54,236 nucleotides of DNA, from positions 1 to 54,236 of IMG/VR virus record IMGVR_UViG_3300021962_000138, one strand, 5' to 3'. A program made the position numbers and the translations under genes. This document shows, piece by piece, positions 1 through 8,572 of this stretch (position 1 is the first letter of the stretch; each line of letters opens with the position of its first letter). This DNA is from a virus. Its lineage: Duplodnaviria; Caudoviricetes. The notes below the pieces were generated by a model, which worked only from the letters and a program-made list of their open reading frames with translations, was not told the origin of the DNA and made no database searches.

Positions 1-2
1 AT

Positions 3-458
3 GTAGAAAGAAAGAATCTACCATATCAAAATTTTACAGAAGAAGATATTGGAGAAAATAAAGCATCGGTTATGGGTAATAGATACCGTAGTATCATCGG
101 TGGTTCTCAATATCCCATTTTGACTGAAAAACAAATGCAAGGATATGATTTGGTTATATCTTGTGTAGATAATTTAGGTCTTAGAAAAACCCTCTACAAT
201 TCAAATGTTAAATGGTTAGACTTAAGGGCTCAAGGTAGAAATGCGGCCTTTGTGTCCTTTTTAGCAAATCCCGAAATTTATGATACTCTCTTAGCAGGAG
301 ATAATACTAGGTCATTCTCTTGTCAAGGTGATGAATGGGATGGCTCTAATGTAGGTGTTCATTTTATGCAAGTTACTATTGCAGGAATGGGTGCTGAATG
401 GATTCAAAGATGGTTTAACGGTGAAGAAATTAGTGATTTTAAGATGGTGAATGTATGA
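3..458 (+). CDS. ThiF/MoeB/E1-like adenylyltransferase (5'-truncated by window edge)
   Basis: The frame is open from position 3: VERKNLPYQNFTEEDIGENKA matches the ThiF VExxNLxRQ...DIGxxK motif, followed by YDLVISCVDNLGLR. The true start lies before the window, not at 72. Confidence 0.85.
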   Translation, partial: VERKNLPYQNFTEEDIGENKASVMGNRYRSIIGGSQYPILTEKQMQGYDLVISCVDNLGLRKTLYNSNVKWLDLRAQGRNAAFVSFLANPEIYDTLLAGDNTRSFSCQGDEWDGSNVGVHFMQVTIAGMGAEWIQRWFNGEEISDFKMVNV

Positions 459-655
459 ATTTTACAGAAGATAAATTAGGAGAAATTATTGATTTTGAAT
501 TTTCTAAAGGAGAAAGAATAGTAAAGGTATTCTGTTCAATATGTTCGGCAGAATGTATTGCTCCTATTATTAAAGCAGGGGCTTTTTTAGGAGCCCATGA
601 AATGTTTCATGCGTGGGAATTTAAAATGATGTTAGAACAGGATATGATAGCATGA
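455..655 (+). CDS. small Zn-finger-like protein (CxxC...HxxxH)
   Basis: CSIC and HEMFH; ATGA overlap with the ThiF stop; GGTGA RBS. Confidence 0.6.
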   Translation: MNFTEDKLGEIIDFEFSKGERIVKVFCSICSAECIAPIIKAGAFLGAHEMFHAWEFKMMLEQDMIA

Positions 656-1176
656 GCGAAATAAATTATAATAATACAGATAATTATGACTATTTAGAAG
701 AAGAAGAAAGAAGAAAACTTGACGAATTGGTTTCCCTCCACATCGAAAACAATTGGGAGGGAAATTGGGAAGATAAAAAGTTCTTAGAAGCAATTTGGTA
801 TTCTTCTGTTCAAATTTTACCTTCGCTTGAAGTTCAAGTAGTGGTTGATGCAAATGATAAACTATTCATTTCTACGGGTTCTTCGGCATTGGTTTGGTTT
901 TCTACAATTCCCAAAGGGATGAGAATTCCTATCAAGTGTTGGATTCATACTCATCCATTTGGTATTGCCTATTTTAGCGGTGTTGATTGGAAAACAATCA
1001 ATACATGGAAACCCGTTATGCAGAATGCTATCGTTTTAGGAGATAACGAATTTGGTAAATGGAATCAAGAAGAACCTAATGTGTTACATCATTTCTCTTT
1101 AGGTTTAAACCCTAAATTTACAAAACAATATCAAACTTCTTTGGAAAGGTCTATTTTTTCTTCGGAGGAAGAATGA
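652..1176 (+). CDS. JAB/MPN+ (JAMM) metalloprotease-like protein
   Basis: E...WIHTHPFGIAYFSGVD fits the JAMM E-x(n)-HxH-x7-S-x2-D motif. Confidence 0.85.
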   Translation: MSEINYNNTDNYDYLEEEERRKLDELVSLHIENNWEGNWEDKKFLEAIWYSSVQILPSLEVQVVVDANDKLFISTGSSALVWFSTIPKGMRIPIKCWIHTHPFGIAYFSGVDWKTINTWKPVMQNAIVLGDNEFGKWNQEEPNVLHHFSLGLNPKFTKQYQTSLERSIFSSEEE

Positions 1177-1283
1177 TGTGTGGAGATATACCAACAGAAT
1201 GTGTTACAGAAGATTGTAAAAATTATGCTAGATTAGATGTTTATTGTTTTGTCTGTAATAAGAAACATTCAACGGGGGTGTAA
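1176..1283 (+). CDS. 35-aa Cys-rich microprotein
   Basis: Own translation MCGDIPTECVTEDCKNYARLDVYCFVCNKKHSTGV; GGAGG RBS; coupled to the JAB stop. Confidence 0.5.
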   Translation: MCGDIPTECVTEDCKNYARLDVYCFVCNKKHSTGV

Positions 1284-1285
1284 TT

Positions 1286-1510
1286 ATTCCTACACAATTA
1301 TGTATTTTTTGTGAAAAAAGATATGATGTTAAGCCTTCCAATGTAGTTAGAAATGGGTTTAAACCCACTTGTTACGATTGCCGCCTATCTTTGCCTCCCG
1401 AAGAATTTCGATGCAAGGCAAAAACAACAAAAAATACTCAATGTAAATTATGGAAAAGGTTAGGCAAACACACTTGCGGAACACATAGAATGATGGAGGA
1501 TAAAATATGA
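1286..1510 (+). CDS. Cys/His-rich Zn-binding protein, apparent ATT start
   Basis: Own translation IPTQLCIFCEK...CYDC...RCKAKTTKNTQCKLW...TCGTH; fills the gap exactly; GGGGGTG RBS; no in-frame ATG/GTG/TTG between the upstream TAA (1259) and the Cys motifs. Confidence 0.6.
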   Translation: MPTQLCIFCEKRYDVKPSNVVRNGFKPTCYDCRLSLPPEEFRCKAKTTKNTQCKLWKRLGKHTCGTHRMMEDKI

Positions 1511-1986
1511 AATTTAATTTTAAAGAAGACTACATGGAAAAAAATCTACTAAGAACAATAAATGTAACATTAGCACTTAAGGGTGAATATATTCATCCAT
1601 CAATGAAACTAACTGCTTACCATGAAAACATAACAAATACAGGAATAGGTTTAGATGGAAACCTATTACTGAAATGTTTAGATTGTGGTTGTAGTGATGA
1701 AGATGAAAACTATAAAGAATACTGTTCTACTATTGTTAGACATATTCGATGTAAAGACGAAGACTGTAATAATTGGGCTCATCCCGATAAATTATATTGT
1801 AATGCTCACTTGATAGAAGTGAAAGAATGTATGCTTTGTGGGGATAATACCCAAAACATACTTGAACAGGTATGCAATAAAAACGAATGCTATGAAGCAT
1901 TTATGAGAATAAAATATGGTGAAAATTATGAAGAAGATAGAAGAGCAAGAACAAAACCCAAACTTAGAACAAATTTTAGATATTAA
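1507..1986 (+). CDS. Cys-rich hypothetical protein
   Basis: Multiple CxxC/CxxH pairs; GGAGG RBS. Confidence 0.6.
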   Translation: MKFNFKEDYMEKNLLRTINVTLALKGEYIHPSMKLTAYHENITNTGIGLDGNLLLKCLDCGCSDEDENYKEYCSTIVRHIRCKDEDCNNWAHPDKLYCNAHLIEVKECMLCGDNTQNILEQVCNKNECYEAFMRIKYGENYEEDRRARTKPKLRTNFRY

Positions 1987-2131
1987 AGAAGAAATGGAAT
2001 ATATAGTAGCAGGATTAAATAATCTTGAAGAAGATATGGCTAATCTTGATACCTTGAAAAAAGCAATCCGTGAAATTCAAGAATTTCTTATAGAAAACCA
2101 TGATGCTTTCCTTATCCACAGGGTAGTTTAA
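1916..2131 (+). CDS. small acidic coiled-coil protein
   Basis: Heptad-like pattern; GGTGA upstream of an alternative ATG at 1928. Confidence 0.5.
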   Translation: MVKIMKKIEEQEQNPNLEQILDIKEEMEYIVAGLNNLEEDMANLDTLKKAIREIQEFLIENHDAFLIHRVV

Positions 2132-2133
2132 AT
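2127..2133 (+). promoter_or_regulatory. putative archaeal TATA box for a leaderless groES-groEL transcript
   Basis: TTTAAAT about 24-30 nt upstream of ATG 2157, with no SD before that ATG. Confidence 0.35.
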
Positions 2134-2156
2134 GGGTCTTTATTAATAAGAATTAC

Positions 2157-2381
2157 ATGAAAGCCGTAGGCCAATGGGTTGTTATGCAAAAGGTAGAAAA
2201 TGAGAGTTTAGGAGGCATTATCAGTAGTTCCGAAAATGTAGGGCTTGTTCTTGATTGTGCCGTTGATGAATCTATTATAGGAAAAAAGGTTTGCTTTGAT
2301 TCTCAAAGTGGTAGATTTCATCTTGACTATCTTTTTGTTGAGTATGATAAAATCTATGGACTTATGGAGGAAGAAGCATGA
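2157..2381 (+). CDS. groES: GroES-like co-chaperonin (short)
   Basis: MKAVGQWVV..ESLGGII..G.V..GKKV.F..YLFV..DKIYG pattern; immediately upstream of GroEL. Confidence 0.75.
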   Translation: MKAVGQWVVMQKVENESLGGIISSSENVGLVLDCAVDESIIGKKVCFDSQSGRFHLDYLFVEYDKIYGLMEEEA

Positions 2382-3880
2382 TTATCTTTAATGATGAAGT
2401 AAAACAAAAACTCCTTCAAGGTATTGATTTAGTTGCTGATTCTGTTTCTATTACTTTAGGGCCACAATCAAAAACTGCAATTTTACAAGGCAATCCCCCA
2501 ATTGTTATAAATGATGGAGTAACAATTGCTAAACATATTTCTCATACTGACCCTTATGTTCAAATGGGAATACAATTGGTGCAAAATCTAACGAATAAAG
2601 CACAAAGCAAAGCAGGTGATGGAACAACAACGGCTTGCATCTTAGCAAGAGCCATGTGTCATAATATTGCTAAATTAAATATTGCTAACTTTCATCAATT
2701 TCGACAGGAAATAGATACTCTTAGAGATGCTATGATTGAACAATTAGATAAGTTAGCAATAGAAGTAGATGATGAGTCTATTGAAAGTGTAGCAAAAATT
2801 TCATCAAATAACGATGAAGCATTGGGTAGTTTAATCGCTCAAGTATTCCGCCATGTAGGTAGGGATGGGGTTATTACAGTTCAAGAAGGACATGGATTAA
2901 CAACAACCTATGAATTAAAGGACGGACTAGAAATTGACAATGGTTTTATTTCTCATCTTTTTGCGAATCAAGATAATGGGTCTTGTGTTTTGAACAATCC
3001 TTTAATTGTAACCACTAATAAAATCATTAGAAACTTTCAAGACCTTTTGCCTATATTGGAATATGCTTCTACAAACGGACATTCGATTTTCTTAATCTGT
3101 AAAGATTTACAAGGTTCAGCACTAAGTAATGTATTAGCAAATGTCATTCAAAATAGAATTGAGATTTGTGTAATACAAGGGCCGAATCATGGAGATGTTC
3201 AACTTGATGAATTGAAAGATATAGTTTCAGTAGTTGGTGGTAAAGTCTTTACAGAAGAAGCAAAAGATAATTTACAAATTTTTACAAAAGAAGATTTCGG
3301 TAAATGTGATAGAGTAGTAATAGACCAACTTTCTACCACTATAATTGGTGGAGAAGGCGACACAACTGATAGAATACAAGCCATAAATAATCTTTACAAT
3401 GAGGCGAACAATGATTGGATTAGGGATAGATTAGCAAAAAGACTTAGCCGATTAAAAGGCGGAGTTGCGGTCATTCATGTCGGAGGAGGTTCTAGTATAG
3501 AACTAAGAGAAACAAAAGAACGCTTAGATGATGCGTTGAATTCAACAAAAGCCGCACTTCAAGAAGGAGTTATAGTTGGAGGAGGATTAGGTTTGCTTCA
3601 AGCAGTTTCAAATATTGAAGGTGCTAAGTCGTGGTTTGTAGATTCTTTAATGACTCCAATAAATGTGTTGTTAGAGAATGGCTCTATGTCCGATGCAGAA
3701 TGGGATAATATTAACATTAAAGATAATGTAGGATATAATGCCTCAAAGGGCTATTGTGAAAATTTGCTTGAAGCGAAAATCATTGACCCCGTTAAAGTAA
3801 CAAAGAGTAGTTTAACTGCGGCTATGTCAATTGCTTCTATGTTCCTAACTACAGAAGTAGCAGTATTAAGAGGAGAATAA
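2378..3880 (+). CDS. groEL: group I chaperonin GroEL
   Basis: TLGP, NDGVTIAK, AGDGTTTA, GGVAVIHVGG, KERLDDAL, IIDPVKV. Confidence 0.96.
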   Translation: MIIFNDEVKQKLLQGIDLVADSVSITLGPQSKTAILQGNPPIVINDGVTIAKHISHTDPYVQMGIQLVQNLTNKAQSKAGDGTTTACILARAMCHNIAKLNIANFHQFRQEIDTLRDAMIEQLDKLAIEVDDESIESVAKISSNNDEALGSLIAQVFRHVGRDGVITVQEGHGLTTTYELKDGLEIDNGFISHLFANQDNGSCVLNNPLIVTTNKIIRNFQDLLPILEYASTNGHSIFLICKDLQGSALSNVLANVIQNRIEICVIQGPNHGDVQLDELKDIVSVVGGKVFTEEAKDNLQIFTKEDFGKCDRVVIDQLSTTIIGGEGDTTDRIQAINNLYNEANNDWIRDRLAKRLSRLKGGVAVIHVGGGSSIELRETKERLDDALNSTKAALQEGVIVGGGLGLLQAVSNIEGAKSWFVDSLMTPINVLLENGSMSDAEWDNINIKDNVGYNASKGYCENLLEAKIIDPVKVTKSSLTAAMSIASMFLTTEVAVLRGE

Positions 3881-3882
3881 AC

Positions 3883-4050
3883 ATGAAAAGATGGGATATT
3901 AAAATGCTAACTTCATTTGGTCAAGAGTCATATATCGTTATGGATTCTAAACAGAAAGAAAACTCTTATCAAACTAAAAATTACCTTATTGCTTTGACGG
4001 TTTGTAATGCGTTAAATAGAATTGCTGATTCATTGAATGAGGAGGAATAA
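3883..4050 (+). CDS. 55-aa hypothetical protein
   Basis: Own translation MKRWDIKML...DSLNEEE; GAGGAG RBS. Confidence 0.5.
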   Translation: MKRWDIKMLTSFGQESYIVMDSKQKENSYQTKNYLIALTVCNALNRIADSLNEEE

Positions 4051-4083
4051 ATATGATTATTTTTTGTATGGATTGTGAAAATA

Positions 4084-4176
4084 ATGGAATGTTCTATTTG
4101 TCATAGGTCAGTTTTAAAAGAACATTTAATTGATAATGATTTCTGTAAAGATTGTTGGGAGTTGATTTCTAATTGA
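4084..4176 (+). CDS. 30-aa Zn-finger microprotein
   Basis: MECSICHRSVLKEHLIDNDFCKDCWELISN; stop overlaps the TTG of the next gene. Confidence 0.45.
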   Translation: MECSICHRSVLKEHLIDNDFCKDCWELISN

Positions 4177-4577
4177 CACAAAAAAGAGCAATTACTGTTT
4201 CTTTACCCGCACCACATAATGCGGAAATTCAATGCCCTATTTGTGAAAAAAACGGTTGTAAGGTTTGTGAATTTAGTGGTAAAATAACCTTTCAAGTTGC
4301 TCCACAAATACCTATTCAAAGAGGACACATTATCAAATATGTAGTAGATAATATACACGATGTTGCTTCCGAAATTACTAGAATGTATGGTTTGACTCCC
4401 GAAATAAACACCAAAGAAATTATTGAAATCAATGGTGGTCAATGGGAAATCGTGCAAATTTCATCTTTAGGTGGGGCTTGTTGGGTAGCCAATAGATTAG
4501 ATGTTTTAGATACCCCCCATTATTTTATTTCAAGAAAAGAACTTGAAAAATTTAAGCAGGGGTGGTTAATTGACTGA
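4173..4577 (+). CDS. hypothetical protein with DnaJ-like Zn knuckle
   Basis: CPICEKNGCKVCEFSG; TTG start. Confidence 0.6.
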   Translation: MTQKRAITVSLPAPHNAEIQCPICEKNGCKVCEFSGKITFQVAPQIPIQRGHIIKYVVDNIHDVASEITRMYGLTPEINTKEIIEINGGQWEIVQISSLGGACWVANRLDVLDTPHYFISRKELEKFKQGWLID

Positions 4578-4779
4578 CAATTTAGAATTCAAAGGCCGAG
4601 TAGTGCGTGATGAAAACTCGGAAATTAAACTACATTCGGGCAAATATTGGGGAATACAAGTCATAGATATTCGTTGGTATAATGAAGATAAACCTTCAAG
4701 AAAAGGAATAAGATTAAATGTTAAAGAAGCAAAACTAGTGAAAGAACTATTAGAAAAAATATTAGAGGAAGAAATATGA
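4570..4779 (+). CDS. PC4/p15-like ssDNA-binding protein
   Basis: IDIRWY...KPSRKGIRL motif typical of the PC4 family. Confidence 0.8.
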   Translation: MTDNLEFKGRVVRDENSEIKLHSGKYWGIQVIDIRWYNEDKPSRKGIRLNVKEAKLVKELLEKILEEEI

Positions 4780-5150
4780 AAATATGGGAATTATCAGCGA
4801 ACTCAAAAAACCACGATAAATTTGTTAAGTGGGCTGAAACGATAGAAAAGAAACTACCTAAGAATTTGAAAGAACCATTTAGAGAATCTTGGCCTCTTAT
4901 TCAAAATGCCGACTCTATGGTTCGTGGGGCATTTATTGTTCATTGGTCTTTGATTATTCAAGACCCAATAAGTGAAGTAGCAATACCTATTGTTATTGGC
5001 TCTTTATCATATATGCAACAAGCGGCTGAATCAGTTGGCCGTCTTGACTTAAGCCAAACACTTCAAGCCATGATGCAAAACATTCCTAGAATCCGCCATG
5101 AAATAACCATGACAAATGTTACATTGGAGGAATCAAATGAAGAAGAATGA
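4776..5150 (+). CDS. hypothetical protein
   Basis: 124-aa ORF, ATGA-coupled. Confidence 0.6.
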   Translation: MKIWELSANSKNHDKFVKWAETIEKKLPKNLKEPFRESWPLIQNADSMVRGAFIVHWSLIIQDPISEVAIPIVIGSLSYMQQAAESVGRLDLSQTLQAMMQNIPRIRHEITMTNVTLEESNEEE

Positions 5151-5286
5151 ATGGGTTAGTTTAGCAAACTACCTTTGGAAAATATCAGAAATAAAACACC
5201 CCCGTTCTCCTCTTATCAAAGAAATGATAAGAAAATTAAATGCAAATATGGAAGTGATAATAGATGAATTTAATGAAGATGAGTAG
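5137..5286 (+). CDS. 49-aa hypothetical protein
   Basis: Own translation MKKNEWVSLANYLWK...EFNEDE; GGAGG RBS. Confidence 0.5.
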   Translation: MKKNEWVSLANYLWKISEIKHPRSPLIKEMIRKLNANMEVIIDEFNEDE

Positions 5287-6796
5287 GCTATTAGAGGCTA
5301 CTGAATTCGATAACCCCAAATCAAAAATAAACAGGATTTCAAGAACCTTAAAAGAAGAAGATAACGATACAAGAATCAAAGTATTAAGAGTTCTTTCTTT
5401 AGATTTAAAACAGAATAACATTGGTTTAGTAAAGGGAAAGAAATGGCTTGCCGAAGCATTCGGTATCTTTGAAGATGAATTAGATATGGTTTATACTTCC
5501 GTTGAAGATATTGGAGAAACGGCTAAAATTTTAGATAGCACAGAAAACTCCATTGAATATTCTTTGAATAATCTAATTCATTTGTTAGAATTAGATTGTT
5601 CAAATCATTCTATTGCATTTCCTACCATTAAAGAAACTCTTCTTTCTATGTCGGATTTAGAAAGAAAATGGTTTGTAAAGTATTGGTTAAGGTTGCCGAA
5701 AAACGGACTCAATGAAGCAACCATGATTAAAATTTTAGCAAAGATTTTCTCTAAATCAATTACTGATGTGAAAAATCATTGGAATCATTTTACAATCGAA
5801 GAATTAGTGAATGCCTATTCCAATAATAGAGAACTTGTTCCTTCACTTAATCATGGTCGTTTCATAAAGCCAATGCTTGCTAAAGAAGTAGAACCGTCTA
5901 AGTGGAAAGAAACCTCTATTGTGGATTTCAAGTATGATGGAAACAGATACCAAATACACAAAGAAAACGAATCAGTTATTATTTTCAATAGGAAAGGTTC
6001 CATAGTTAATTATCAATTCCCCGATGTAGTAGAAAGAATATTACATCAATATGATGATGGTATTTATGATGGTGAAATTTATCCAATAAATTCTCAAGGC
6101 CACCCCATAGAACACAAACACATGGGAACGAGAGTTCATTCTAAAAATTGGGAAGATGCTAAAAAGGTAGAAGTGAAATGGGTAGTGTTCGATTGCCTTA
6201 AAATCAAAGGCAAGAACATAATGCACCTTCCATATGAAGAAAGAATACAGGAGTTTTCTCACTTACCATATCAAGCCCAAAGACAAGTAGGAGGAGATTT
6301 TATGTCCTTCTACAATAGAGCAATAAGCGAAGGTTTTGAAGGAGTTATTGTAAAAGATAATGAAAGCCCATACCTCGCAGGTTCTAGAAGCATAGCATGG
6401 GCTAAATACAAGCCTCCACGAATAGAATTAGATGTTGTTATTGTAGGAGCAAGATATGGAGAGGGTTCAAATGTCAATGTATTCTCTTCTTTTGATATTG
6501 CCGTAAAAGAAAGTTTTGATACCGCCAATGGTTTCAAAGTGATAGGGAGCGTGGGAACAGGATTTAGCCAACAAGACTTATCCTTCTTAACAAGAGAATT
6601 AAGAAGATTTACTCAAGGCGTTACAAAAAATACCTATCATTTTCTACCGAGAGTTATTTTAACGGTCAATGCTGACTTAGTAACAAGAAATGCAGAAGGG
6701 GATTTGGCTTTGCGATTTCCTAGAATGATAAGAATTAGAGAAGATAAAATAGTAAGTGAAATAAATACACTTGAAGATGTTGAATTATTCAGTTAG
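5264..6796 (+). CDS. lig: ATP-dependent DNA ligase (replication module)
   Basis: KPMLA, KYDGNR (motif I), DGEI, FD, EGVIVK, WAKYK, GTGF, LRFPR (motif VI); N-terminal DNA-binding domain. Confidence 0.95.
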   Translation: MNLMKMSRLLEATEFDNPKSKINRISRTLKEEDNDTRIKVLRVLSLDLKQNNIGLVKGKKWLAEAFGIFEDELDMVYTSVEDIGETAKILDSTENSIEYSLNNLIHLLELDCSNHSIAFPTIKETLLSMSDLERKWFVKYWLRLPKNGLNEATMIKILAKIFSKSITDVKNHWNHFTIEELVNAYSNNRELVPSLNHGRFIKPMLAKEVEPSKWKETSIVDFKYDGNRYQIHKENESVIIFNRKGSIVNYQFPDVVERILHQYDDGIYDGEIYPINSQGHPIEHKHMGTRVHSKNWEDAKKVEVKWVVFDCLKIKGKNIMHLPYEERIQEFSHLPYQAQRQVGGDFMSFYNRAISEGFEGVIVKDNESPYLAGSRSIAWAKYKPPRIELDVVIVGARYGEGSNVNVFSSFDIAVKESFDTANGFKVIGSVGTGFSQQDLSFLTRELRRFTQGVTKNTYHFLPRVILTVNADLVTRNAEGDLALRFPRMIRIREDKIVSEINTLEDVELFS

Positions 6797-6804
6797 GTGA
6801 AACT

Positions 6805-7101
6805 ATGAAAGAGGTAGCAAAATTCTTTGCTTCTTTTCCTAAAGTATCATCCATACTCTTTTCTTTGTCGGAACCTCTATCCGATGAAGAAGAATTTGTA
6901 TTAACAGAATACAATACAATAATGCTCTTCCAAAAGAAAATACTTTCTCCATGTCTTTTTCTTTTTACGGATGATAGCATTACTGTTCATATAGGAACAA
7001 TCAATGAAAAAATAGTTGTTTTAATCCAAAACAATATTTCTTTCTTTCTTAAAGATATAGATATGCCTTTTTCTTTGGTGGGGGTTTCTAGTCATGTATA
7101 G
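6805..7101 (+). CDS. hypothetical protein
   Basis: 98-aa ORF with GGTGA RBS. Confidence 0.55.
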   Translation: MKEVAKFFASFPKVSSILFSLSEPLSDEEEFVLTEYNTIMLFQKKILSPCLFLFTDDSITVHIGTINEKIVVLIQNNISFFLKDIDMPFSLVGVSSHV

Positions 7102-7468
7102 TAAAGAAATGCTTATAGGTATTTTCTTAGCCAAAGGAAATTTCGTTTCTGTAGTATCGAGAAATGACTCAACAAAAATAGGCTATAAAGTTCTTCTTTT
7201 TATCTATCTTAGAGGCAATCTTGATTTCTTAAAAGCGGTAAAGCGTTCTCTACATACAGTAGGTATAGAATCTAAACTAGAAAAGAATAGACTGAAAATT
7301 AGTTCGGATAGAATTTATAAGATATTAGATATGATTCCCGAATATACAATAGCGAATAAAAATACTCTTGATGAGTTTAGACAAATAGCAGACCTTATTA
7401 AAAATAAAAAACACCTAACTCTAAAGGGCTTAGAAATAATAATGAAAATGAAAGGGGCAATAGAATGA
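7094..7468 (+). CDS. single-domain LAGLIDADG-fold protein
   Basis: LIGIFLAKGNF helix and C-terminal KKHLTLKGLEII typical of LAGLIDADG endonucleases. Confidence 0.7.
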   Translation: MYSKEMLIGIFLAKGNFVSVVSRNDSTKIGYKVLLFIYLRGNLDFLKAVKRSLHTVGIESKLEKNRLKISSDRIYKILDMIPEYTIANKNTLDEFRQIADLIKNKKHLTLKGLEIIMKMKGAIE

Positions 7469-7728
7469 ATAAAAAAGAAAAAAATAAAATAATTATTTCT
7501 ACGATAGACGAAATAATGGAATCTCATTCTACTAATGAAATTGTATTAGAAGATTTATCACATGATGTTTTTTCAAAAATTAAAAATTTACCATACATAA
7601 TTAGTGTCTTCCATACAGAAAAAGAATGGAGAAGAAAGATTTCTTTTTATTGCTCATCCCGTTTGAAAGCAAACGGTTGGACTAAAGTAGGAAAAAGAAA
7701 ACAAAGCCCAATATATAGGAGGTTTTGA
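7465..7728 (+). CDS. hypothetical basic protein (possible winged helix)
   Basis: 87-aa ORF, ATGA-coupled. Confidence 0.5.
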   Translation: MNKKEKNKIIISTIDEIMESHSTNEIVLEDLSHDVFSKIKNLPYIISVFHTEKEWRRKISFYCSSRLKANGWTKVGKRKQSPIYRRF

Positions 7729-7729
7729 A

Positions 7730-8572
7730 TTGGGATTAACAAATATGAATAAAAATAGACCCATTCTTTTAACAGGAAAACATGGAACAGGCAAAACAAC
7801 ACAAGCAAGGGAAAAACTACCAAATGCAGTAATATATTATGCAAACGAAATAGATATTCCCGATGTATTTTCTATTCCGAGAAATATAGGTATTATCATA
7901 GAGGACATACATTATAATCCAAACAAGCAAGAAATTCTAGAAGTGCTTAGAACATATAGAGGAGAAATAATTATTACTTCTCTTAATGAAAAAGATGTTC
8001 CATTAGAAATAAAAACAATGTGTCAAATTAAAAGAGTAGGTTCTAAGCAACACATTTTAGATTCAATTAAGAATATCGCTCCTAGAAGTGAAAAGCCCGA
8101 AACATTAGAAATGGATATGTATTCCTTAGTCATAGAATATTTGAAGAATTCCGATAGGGATAAAATAAAAGACATTCTTCTTTTAAATAAACCCGCAGAT
8201 ATATTTCTCATAAGTATGCTTATGGAAAATCTTAATCCGAATAAGTTAGTATTCATTGATAGTGTAGTCAAAAGAAGATGGAAAACTTCTTATTTTTATG
8301 AAATGTTAGCCTATGCTCATACAGGTAAAACATACATGAGGCCTCAATTTCCTAAGAAAAGAACATATTCTAAAATACCTAATTTGTGTAGAAGATTAGG
8401 TTTGGAGAAAAATGAATTTAGACTTTTCAAACAATTGATAGAAGATGAAGATTTTCGTAAATTCGCTCAATCGAAATTAAACAATGAAGAATGTAGATTG
8501 ATGGGATTAGGCGAAAAAAGAAAAAGAAAGAAAATAGAAAATAAAAATAGAAAATTAATGGAATGGTTATAA
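7730..8572 (+). CDS. clamp loader large-subunit-like AAA+ protein (divergent)
   Basis: Walker A GKHGTGKT, Walker B-like IIIED, C-terminal PIP-like NRKLMEWL, adjacent to the RFC small subunit; start may be ATG 7745. Confidence 0.65.
   Translation: MGLTNMNKNRPILLTGKHGTGKTTQAREKLPNAVIYYANEIDIPDVFSIPRNIGIIIEDIHYNPNKQEILEVLRTYRGEIIITSLNEKDVPLEIKTMCQIKRVGSKQHILDSIKNIAPRSEKPETLEMDMYSLVIEYLKNSDRDKIKDILLLNKPADIFLISMLMENLNPNKLVFIDSVVKRRWKTSYFYEMLAYAHTGKTYMRPQFPKKRTYSKIPNLCRRLGLEKNEFRLFKQLIEDEDFRKFAQSKLNNEECRLMGLGEKRKRKKIENKNRKLMEWL

Noticed and set aside
1130-1176. PIP box at the JAB C-terminus (QTSLERSIF)
   Set aside because: Aromatic spacing does not match Qxx[LIM]xx[FWY][FWY].
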